The position numbers and the translations under genes are program-made. A stretch of 32,000 bases of DNA from assembly GCF_003231495.1 (NCBI RefSeq), contig NZ_PQWO01000028.1, positions 19,061-51,060 of the forward strand. Direction: 5' to 3'. Shown here piece after piece: positions 1 through 6,862 of the stretch. Numbering within the stretch: the first letter of the stretch is position 1; every line of letters begins with the position of its first letter. The notes beneath the pieces were generated by a model. The model saw nothing but the letters and a program-made list of their open reading frames with translations, was not told where the DNA came from and ran no database searches. This DNA is from Acaryochloris thomasi RCC1774 (GTDB taxonomy: Bacteria > Cyanobacteriota > Cyanobacteriia > Thermosynechococcales > Thermosynechococcaceae).

Positions 1-199
1 TGACGATTTTGCCGCCCAGACGACTAATGCGCTGCATCTCTTCATTCATGCGGCGATAGGGAACCTTCAGCAAGACGGCGCTATCCCGAATCTCATGGCT
101 GTTGCCTTCAGTTTGGTCGTTTTGCCGCAGTCCTTCGACTTCGTAAATAAAGACGCGACTGTTGGCAGAAGATGGGGCACTCTGGAATTTTCCTAGCAT
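1..199 (-). CDS. cpcD: Phycobilisome small rod-capping linker CpcD (5' part; 3' end runs off the window)
   Basis: Hand translation from ATG (complement of 197-199) gives MLGKFQSAPSSANSRVFIYEVEGLRQNDQTEGNSHEIRDSAVLLKVPYRRMNEEMQRISRLGGKIV. This contains the CpcD-domain signature (RVF.YEVEGLRQN ... VPY.RMNEEMQRI.R.GGKIV). It starts 5 nt after the cpcC stop. It is absent from the ORF track because it has no stop inside the window. Confidence 0.85.
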   Translation of the reverse strand, partial: MLGKFQSAPSSANSRVFIYEVEGLRQNDQTEGNSHEIRDSAVLLKVPYRRMNEEMQRISRLGGKIV

Positions 200-203
200 G
201 GCT

Positions 204-1085
204 CTATTCTCCTGTGCTGCAGGCAAGGGTAACGCTGGCGACTTTGCCGCCTCTTTTCTTAATTTGCTGCAGGGTGCTGTAAAGCTGCTCGTAGGGCACC
301 ACGAATTCTTGGTTGCTGCGCCGCACTTTGGGATAGCGCTGCAGACTGAAGCCAGTCACTTCAATGCGATACATGCGGGAGTTGGAAGCAGCAGGCTGAA
401 AGGTGCGAGCCGGGGTTGTGCCCTTCTCAGCGGGCTGATAAGACCAGCCAGCCGTGTCACCGCTTGAAGGCGGCATGATGCTAGCAGCACTATTGGTGGC
501 TAGGCCAGTGGCCAGACAAGACTTGGTCCCTGAAAGCTGGGCGCGATCGCTATTGGCATAGCCGCGATACAGCTGAAAAAAGCGGGTAAACCCAACGGTT
601 TGCTGACCGGCACCGGTGGTCACTAAGTCGCAGTAGTAGGGAACAATGGCGTCGCCAAACTTCCGGTCATACTCCGCCGAATCAAGATAGGAATCGATAT
701 CAGCGTCAAACCCCTCATTCTGATAGCGATCAAGGTGCTCAATCACTTCAGATTCGTCGTAGGGGGCCCGACCCAACAAATGCTTGCAGTTCAGTTCAAT
801 CACCCGCGTGTGGAAATGAGGGTAAAGAAATTTGGTCTTGTAAATCTCAGATTTAGCCAGCCCTCGAACAAAGTCTCGGACGCTAATTTGACCGCCAATC
901 AGGAGCGATTCCAGATCGCCTTGACGATCTGACTGCATCAAATAGTCGTTGCCTAAAATCTGACGATAGATAGCACGAATGACGACTTCGGCCTCTTTTT
1001 GGGTCGCGTTGGGCCGCAGCTCAACGGGTTTTGTTTCGTTGAAGGCCCGTGCCCCCAGACGAGACGCAGTAGTGGTAATGGCCAC
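204..1085 (-). CDS. cpcC: Phycobilisome rod linker polypeptide (CpcC-type, PBS-linker domain plus C-terminal CpcD-like domain)
   Basis: ORF-track frame 204..1184. I trimmed the start to GTG at 1085 (AAGGAG 8 nt upstream), giving (M)[10 protein letters not shown], the usual rod-linker N-terminus. Linker motifs: [51 protein letters not shown]-terminal CpcD-like module: MYRIEVTG...VPYEQL...GGKVASVTL. Confidence 0.9.
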   Translation of the reverse strand: MAITTTASRLGARAFNETKPVELRPNATQKEAEVVIRAIYRQILGNDYLMQSDRQGDLESLLIGGQISVRDFVRGLAKSEIYKTKFLYPHFHTRVIELNCKHLLGRAPYDESEVIEHLDRYQNEGFDADIDSYLDSAEYDRKFGDAIVPYYCDLVTTGAGQQTVGFTRFFQLYRGYANSDRAQLSGTKSCLATGLATNSAASIMPPSSGDTAGWSYQPAEKGTTPARTFQPAASNSRMYRIEVTGFSLQRYPKVRRSNQEFVVPYEQLYSTLQQIKKRGGKVASVTLACSTGE

Positions 1086-1398
1086 GAATAACGCTCCTTT
1101 AATCAAAGAAAGTAGGCTGAAACGCCGATCACAGATGACAAGGCGACAGGCATTGGTGTTCAGCGCCACCAAGCTAGCCCCCAATGAGCACCGTCAAACG
1201 GCTCATGGGAACGGCACCGTCAAAGACAGCTTCTCTCCGTCACTTTGTAAGTCTTGTGTCTGAGCGGCACCCTGACTAGGCAGACGTCTCAGAAGGCTTG
1301 CAGCACTGCCCACATTAAAGCAGTCCAATTGTGCATTTTTTGTGCAAAATGGGGAATTAACGGCGCATTTGATCTCTGCGGCATGCATTCTAGAAGTT

Positions 1399-1437
1399 GA
1401 GGTCACACCCAGCGTTCAGAGCGCTGGGTGTGACCTC
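1399..1437. repeat. Perfect 16-bp-stem inverted repeat (GAGGTCACACCCAGCG / CGCTGGGTGTGACCTC, 7-nt loop) in the cpcC/hemH divergent intergenic region
   Basis: Read directly from the sequence. There is no T-tract on either side, so it is not a canonical intrinsic terminator. Confidence 0.8.
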
Positions 1438-1670
1438 AAGAGGGAGCTGCAGGGCTGGAGAGCAAGCGGGGGCAAGCAACCGGCCTCTCAAGAAGTTTTG
1501 TTGCGTCTAGCATAAAGAAGGACTTAATCTGACCGTCTTCTTGGTACCGTTAAGCCTATACACCTACGGGTAATGACGCTTTCCAATCGACCGATTCAGC
1601 TCAGCAGACTGTTCTGCTTGCATTCTTTTGGAAGTGACATGTACAGATAAATAAAAATAGAGGACTTGCT

Positions 1671-2834
1671 ATGGGGCGGGTAGGCGTTCTACTGCTCAAT
1701 TTGGGAGGGCCAGAACGACCTCAAGATGTTCGGCCTTTTTTATACAATTTGTTTTCAGACCCAGAAATTTTGCGGCTGCCTGCACCTTGGCTGCAGGCTC
1801 CACTGGCTTGGCTCATTTCAACGCTGCGGTTTCAAAAGTCACGGAAAAACTATCAAAAGATTGGGGGTGGTTCACCCCTGCGGCAGATTACGGAAGCGCA
1901 GGCTCTAGCGCTGCAGCGTCGTCTGCAAACGCAGGAACAATCGATCAAGGTCTATGTGGGAATGCGATACTGGCATCCCTTTACCCAGGAAGCGATCTCA
2001 CAGATCAAGCGTGACAACATCGAACGATTAGTGATTCTGCCTTTGTATCCGCAGTTCTCGATCAGCACCAGCGGCTCCAGCTTTCGAGAGCTAGAACGAC
2101 TCTGGCAAGAAGATCCGCAGCTGCAGGACATTCAATATACGGTGGTGCCCTCTTGGTACCACAACCCCACCTATATCCGGGCCATGGCGGCGTTGATTGA
2201 GAAGACAATGGCCCAGGTGGATGATCCACAGAATGTACATGTTTTCTTCAGCGCCCATGGTGTCCCGGTTAGCTATGTGGAGGAGGCGGGGGACCCTTAC
2301 CAGCGTGAAATTGAGGGCTGCGCGCAGCTGATCATGCAGGCGTTGAAAAGGTCTAATCCCTATACGCTGGCCTACCAAAGCCGCGTGGGACCCGTCGAAT
2401 GGCTGCAGCCCTACACCAATGAAGCGATTCAAGAACTAGCCGACCAAGGAACCAAAGAGCTGGTGGTGGTCCCCATTAGTTTTGTCTCTGAACACATTGA
2501 AACCCTTGAAGAAATTGATATTGAATATCGCGAGGTGGCGCTGGAGGCCGGGATTAAAACCTTTGCCAGGGTGCCGGCCCCGGATACAGATCCTGTGTTC
2601 ATTCAGGCGCTGGAGGAAATTGTGACGCAATCCCTGGAGGAGCCACCTACTTTTTTCTCGGAAACTGTGCGGCCGCAGAAAAGCGTCAAGCTCTATCCGC
2701 AGGAACGCTGGACCTGGGGCATTACGACGTCGGCGGAGGTCTGGAATGGACGGCTGGCAATGCTGGGCTTGGTGGCAGTTTTGGTGGAGGTTTGGATGGG
2801 GTTAGGCCCCTTTCATTTATTAGGATTTATGTAG
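1671..2834 (+). CDS. hemH: Ferrochelatase with C-terminal chlorophyll a/b-binding (CAB/Hlip-like) helix
   Basis: 387 aa. N-terminus [29 protein letters not shown] and [23 protein letters not shown] are ferrochelatase signatures. The C-terminal [20 protein letters not shown] is the CAB motif typical of cyanobacterial and plastid type II ferrochelatase. Confidence 0.95.
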   Translation: MGRVGVLLLNLGGPERPQDVRPFLYNLFSDPEILRLPAPWLQAPLAWLISTLRFQKSRKNYQKIGGGSPLRQITEAQALALQRRLQTQEQSIKVYVGMRYWHPFTQEAISQIKRDNIERLVILPLYPQFSISTSGSSFRELERLWQEDPQLQDIQYTVVPSWYHNPTYIRAMAALIEKTMAQVDDPQNVHVFFSAHGVPVSYVEEAGDPYQREIEGCAQLIMQALKRSNPYTLAYQSRVGPVEWLQPYTNEAIQELADQGTKELVVVPISFVSEHIETLEEIDIEYREVALEAGIKTFARVPAPDTDPVFIQALEEIVTQSLEEPPTFFSETVRPQKSVKLYPQERWTWGITTSAEVWNGRLAMLGLVAVLVEVWMGLGPFHLLGFM

Positions 2835-3034
2835 AGGATATCGCCTTTACCACTCTCATTGAGAGGCCAAAACGGCGGTGGAGCTACGTAAAATAAGTTA
2901 ATGAAAAAATGAAACGAACTAGATTATTCTAGAGAGTCAGATAGGTGGTTTAAATCATGCGCTGTTAATGCTTTGATTTGCGTAAACCCACTGCACCAGC
3001 TTTGCAAAAATTAGTCGTTTAACAAGAGTTTAGT

Positions 3035-3751
3035 ATGAGCACTGACTTAGCAACTCAATTACGTGAAGGCACTAAAAAGGCGCACACGATGGCGGAAAAC
3101 GTGGGCTTTGTAAAGTGCTTTTTAAAGGGCACGGTAGAGAAGAAGTCCTATCGACGGCTGGTGGAAGATTTATATTTTGTTTATTCAGCGCTGGAGGTCG
3201 AACTCAAGCGTCATCGAAATCACGATGTTATTTCGATGATTTACTTTCCTGAGCTGAATCGAAAACAAAGTCTCGAATGTGATCTCAATTATTACTATGG
3301 TCCCAATTGGAAGGGGGAAATCGCGCCGTCTCCTGCGGCTCAAGCCTATGTTCAGCAAATAGAAAGGGTGTCGGAACAGGCACCAGAGCTGCTGGTGGCC
3401 CATTCCTATACGCGCTACCTCGGTGATTTATCGGGGGGACAAATTCTTAAAAATATCGCGCAGCGAGCGATGCGGTTGGCCGATGGCGCCGGCACGGCTT
3501 TCTATGAATTCGATGAAATTTCGGATGAGAAAGAGTTTAAGTCGGTTTACCGGCAGGCGTTAGATAATTTGCCCATTGACCAAGCCGATGCAGAGCGCAT
3601 TGTGGAGGAGGCAAATGCGGCTTTTGGCATGAATATGGCCATGTTTAATGAGTTAGAAGGAAGTCTGATCGCGGCCATTGGTAAGATGCTCTTCAATACG
3701 TTGACCCAGCGACGGCCTCGCAAAAATACGGCGCTGGCGACGGCGGAGTAA
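3035..3751 (+). CDS. ho1: Heme oxygenase 1 (biliverdin-producing)
   Basis: 238 aa. LATQLREGTKKAHTMAENVGFVKCFLKG, YFPELNR, AHSYTRYLGDLSGGQILKNIA are classic heme-oxygenase motifs, including the proximal His in TKKAH. Confidence 0.93.
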   Translation: MSTDLATQLREGTKKAHTMAENVGFVKCFLKGTVEKKSYRRLVEDLYFVYSALEVELKRHRNHDVISMIYFPELNRKQSLECDLNYYYGPNWKGEIAPSPAAQAYVQQIERVSEQAPELLVAHSYTRYLGDLSGGQILKNIAQRAMRLADGAGTAFYEFDEISDEKEFKSVYRQALDNLPIDQADAERIVEEANAAFGMNMAMFNELEGSLIAAIGKMLFNTLTQRRPRKNTALATAE

Positions 3752-3806
3752 GGTTGGGTCTCAAGATGGCGCTACGGCTAATACTCTTTCCTCTAGGCAA
3801 GCGGCG

Positions 3807-4418
3807 ATGACTCACAATACGGATATAGCGACGCTGGCAAGATGGATGGCGGGAGATTTTAGTAATCAAGAGCAGGCTTTTGAAAATCCGCCGTTCTTTG
3901 CCCACATTCGGGTTTGTATGCACCCCCTTGCGCTAGATGATCTTGATGCGGGCGTTAGCTTCTATCTGGAGCAGGCCTATGATTATCAGCTCCAGCATCC
4001 CTATCGGACGCGGGTGTTGAGTCTGATGCCACAAGATGACTGCATTATCATCCGAAACTATCGGTTGAATGATGCAGAAAAGTTTATAGGGGCGGCGCGG
4101 CAGCCGGAACGACTCGACTCCCTCGCTCCTGAGGATCTAGAGGTCATGGAGGGCTGCAACATGGTTGTCCAGTGGCAAGATGACCGATTCAAAGGAAGGG
4201 TGGAGCCGGGAAAGGCATGCCGGGTCGTACGCAAGGGCATGACGACGTACCTCGATAGTACGTTCGAAATTGATGAAAAAAGGATGCGTAGCTTCGACTG
4301 CGGGAGAGATCCGGAAACGGACCAGAGAGCATGGGGTTCGGTGGCGGGGCCCTTCCAGTTCCAACTCACTCAAAGGTTCCACTTTGAAAATAAAAACAAT
4401 ATGGTGAACATTGTATAA
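3807..4418 (+). CDS. cpcT: T-type phycobiliprotein bilin lyase (CpcT/CpeT family)
   Basis: 203 aa. LARWMAGDFSNQEQAFENPPFFAHIRVCMHPL and YLEQAYDYQLQHPYRTRV match the CpcT/CpeT family N-terminal signature. Confidence 0.85.
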   Translation: MTHNTDIATLARWMAGDFSNQEQAFENPPFFAHIRVCMHPLALDDLDAGVSFYLEQAYDYQLQHPYRTRVLSLMPQDDCIIIRNYRLNDAEKFIGAARQPERLDSLAPEDLEVMEGCNMVVQWQDDRFKGRVEPGKACRVVRKGMTTYLDSTFEIDEKRMRSFDCGRDPETDQRAWGSVAGPFQFQLTQRFHFENKNNMVNIV

Positions 4419-4450
4419 TCAATATATACACAATAAATATACGCCATACT

Positions 4451-4822
4451 CTATCTATACAGGGACCACGCAATAAAACGCTCTACTGTGTATAGCGCTA
4501 GCTGGTTGCTCGCTCCGTTGAACACACTGTCAAACGAATGGCCCGCCCATGGTATCTCTATATACACCGATACGTTGCCAAGGCCCTTAAGACGACGGTG
4601 AAGATGACGGCCATAACGAGATTCCACTAGCTGATCCCGACTCCCATAAAGCAGCAATGTTGGAGGAAGACCTTCTGCAACATACGTCAATGGAGAGGCT
4701 CGACGATATAAATCTGGACGCTCAGAGGGAAGGCTACCTAAAAAATCCTCGAGGACCGAGCGCGTATCTATCGGATCCGGATCCGGGGGACGATACAGGC
4801 TTTTAAGGGAGGTAGAGTAAAG
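4451..4822 (-). pseudogene. 3' fragment of an alpha/beta-hydrolase (esterase-type) gene; N-terminal two thirds missing
   Basis: The frame is open for 124 codons from the stop at 4823-4825 down to the stop at 4451. It reads ...DPIDTRSVLEDFLGSLPSERPDLYRRASPLTYVAEGLPPTLLLYGSRDQLV...IEIPWAGHSFD, which holds the catalytic Asp and His regions. No nucleophile-elbow GxSxG region and no plausible start are present. Confidence 0.6.
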
Positions 4823-4886
4823 CTAGACAACATTCAATGAGATACGTATAGTAAATGGAATTATATACAGCCTAAAGGCTCAAGAC

Positions 4887-6767
4887 GTGATATCCATGGA
4901 CGCTATCGCCGCCAGAGAAACTATCATTGAACGTTACAGACAAAGGATCTCGCTCGGCAAACACGTTCGACTCTACAAGCGTGAACTCGAAGAACTTATA
5001 CATGGATTCATCAATACACTCGAAACTATACATGAACCCGAGAGAATTCAAGCTGCCTGCCAAAACGAAATTGAACTATTAGAAGAAGGCTATCCACGAC
5101 CAACGCTTGCTAGTTCTTATATTCCTCGCTACCGAAAAGCAATTGCTGAAGCGATCGCAACCCAAAAACTCCCTTCCTCAAAGCATCGATACCTCCATCA
5201 CCAACGTCTGACCGGTCTTCCTCAAGAGCGTGACGAACACTGGGCCTTAACCTTCTTCAAGTATTCGCAGGAACAGTACGAACACCTTGACCACCGACAG
5301 GCAAAAACCAATCGCAAGCGCCTCCTGAATTTACAGAAGGTGAATCCTTGGCAGTATCTCGATACTCTCAATGAGCTGCTGCTGGCGACCGGGAAATTTG
5401 CGGCTCGGCATCGCACTATCGCCATTGTCGGGTTCACGGGTCGCCGCTTTGGAGAAGTGGTCGCTCGCGGTTCGTTTTCATTAACGTCCCATCCCTACTT
5501 ACTGCGCTTTGAAGGTCAGCAAAAGAGTGAGCGCGACGGCTATGACATCATCACCCTCATTCCTGCTGAGATTATTCTCATGCACCTCGAACGCCTCCGA
5601 GAAATGCCGGAACTGAAGCCTTTGGCAGCCATGCAGGGTCAAGAGTTGAAGAAAGCGATTAACAAGTTTGACGTTCAGGTCAACCGTGAATGCGACAAGC
5701 TATTGATGAAACCTGGCGTCATGCCTCCTCTCGATGGTAAAGAGCATGTGACCATTCATAACCTGAGAAGTCTATGGGGGGCGATCGCAACCTTCCTATT
5801 CTGTCCACCGGAACAACACGAGTATGCCTTCTTGCAGCATTATCTCGGACATATTTTGGAATCATCTGCCACAGGACACTACTTTCGATACATACTAGTT
5901 GACCGTCAAGGACAGCTCTTGCAGCAAAAAGGTGTCAAGCTCCAAGACATCCCCCCTCTGCCGTTGTTGGAGATCGAGAATGCCTCCGAAGAAGTAGATG
6001 AAGCAGGCTTTGATACGGTGGATCCGTCACTAGATCTATCGCCAGAACAGCAGCCTCAAGACAGAGAAGTAACCCTAACAGCGCCACGGCAGAGGAATAA
6101 CGAAGAAATGAATACGGAAGAACTTCAGGCAACACTGCGGCAAGATTGGCTGCAGGAGATCGAGCAGGTCAAACAAGAATTGCGCTCAGATTGGTCAGAG
6201 CAATTAACGACATTTAAACAACAGATCGAGCAGCAAATGACAACATTGCGGCGGCAGCTCCAGCCAGAAGCCGTACAGGAACTCACGCAGGAAATTGACA
6301 CCCTAAAAACCGAGCTGGATCAGGCACAGCAAGAGAAGCAAGAAATCGCAGCACAGCTTGCAGACGCCCAAGCGAAACTCAACAGCTTTCGTCAACTATT
6401 GTTGGGCAACGAGGAAGTCAAAAAAGAAGTCGAAGAGCAGCCGACAGAACGCAAGACAAAGGAAAGCCCTACAACAACGACACAGCGGAGAAGGCGGGCA
6501 CCCGGAAAAGCAGCTCAGAGAGCACAAATCATTTTCGATGCCATACGAGCATGGAATGATCAGCATCCAGATGACACCTTAGCCTTTAGCCCTGGACTTC
6601 TAGAGACAATCTTCAAAGTTCACCGCAAAGCCGCGAAGGAATTCTGCCAAGAGTTTCAAAACGAAATTGAAGATCACCATGCTGAAATCGGTGTCGAAAG
6701 ACTACTGACACACAACAAAGGCAAAGACATTGACGGATTTAAACTGTTTGCCGAGGCGTTCCAATAG
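4887..6767 (+). CDS. Protelomerase / telomere-resolvase-like tyrosine recombinase with coiled-coil C-terminal extension
   Basis: 626 aa from GTG 4887 (alternative ATG at 4896). Blocks resembling TelK/TelN as I recall them: FTGRRFGEVVARGSFSL (Arg), FEGQQKSERDGYDIITLIPAEIIL (Lys), HNLRSLWGAIATFLF (His/Arg), FLQHYLGHILESSATGHYFRY (His ... Tyr nucleophile). The C-terminal ~250 aa has an acidic spacer, a Q/E-rich heptad region (LQATLRQDWLQEIEQVKQELR...QEKQEIAAQLADAQAKL), the basic stretch QRRRRAPGK and a helical tail. Confidence 0.7.
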   Translation: MISMDAIAARETIIERYRQRISLGKHVRLYKRELEELIHGFINTLETIHEPERIQAACQNEIELLEEGYPRPTLASSYIPRYRKAIAEAIATQKLPSSKHRYLHHQRLTGLPQERDEHWALTFFKYSQEQYEHLDHRQAKTNRKRLLNLQKVNPWQYLDTLNELLLATGKFAARHRTIAIVGFTGRRFGEVVARGSFSLTSHPYLLRFEGQQKSERDGYDIITLIPAEIILMHLERLREMPELKPLAAMQGQELKKAINKFDVQVNRECDKLLMKPGVMPPLDGKEHVTIHNLRSLWGAIATFLFCPPEQHEYAFLQHYLGHILESSATGHYFRYILVDRQGQLLQQKGVKLQDIPPLPLLEIENASEEVDEAGFDTVDPSLDLSPEQQPQDREVTLTAPRQRNNEEMNTEELQATLRQDWLQEIEQVKQELRSDWSEQLTTFKQQIEQQMTTLRRQLQPEAVQELTQEIDTLKTELDQAQQEKQEIAAQLADAQAKLNSFRQLLLGNEEVKKEVEEQPTERKTKESPTTTTQRRRRAPGKAAQRAQIIFDAIRAWNDQHPDDTLAFSPGLLETIFKVHRKAAKEFCQEFQNEIEDHHAEIGVERLLTHNKGKDIDGFKLFAEAFQ

Positions 6768-6862
6768 CGATGCTCAAACAGAGGATACAGGGGGTTTTGC
6801 CGCGTCTAGTAAAGCCGTCTGAGTGCAAGAGGAAAAGAACCGCGCCGTCAACATAGAGACCA

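Noticed and set aside
1086-1184. N-terminal extension of the cpcC ORF ([33 protein letters not shown]...)
   Set aside because: Rod linkers begin MAITT... . A GTG with a good AAGGAG Shine-Dalgarno sits exactly there (1085), and the extension has no linker-like sequence.
4842-4849. ATACGTAT palindrome and nearby TATAC motifs as a protelomerase target site
   Set aside because: Only 8 bp are palindromic and the flanks are not symmetric. Known targets are 20-56 bp perfect or near-perfect palindromes.
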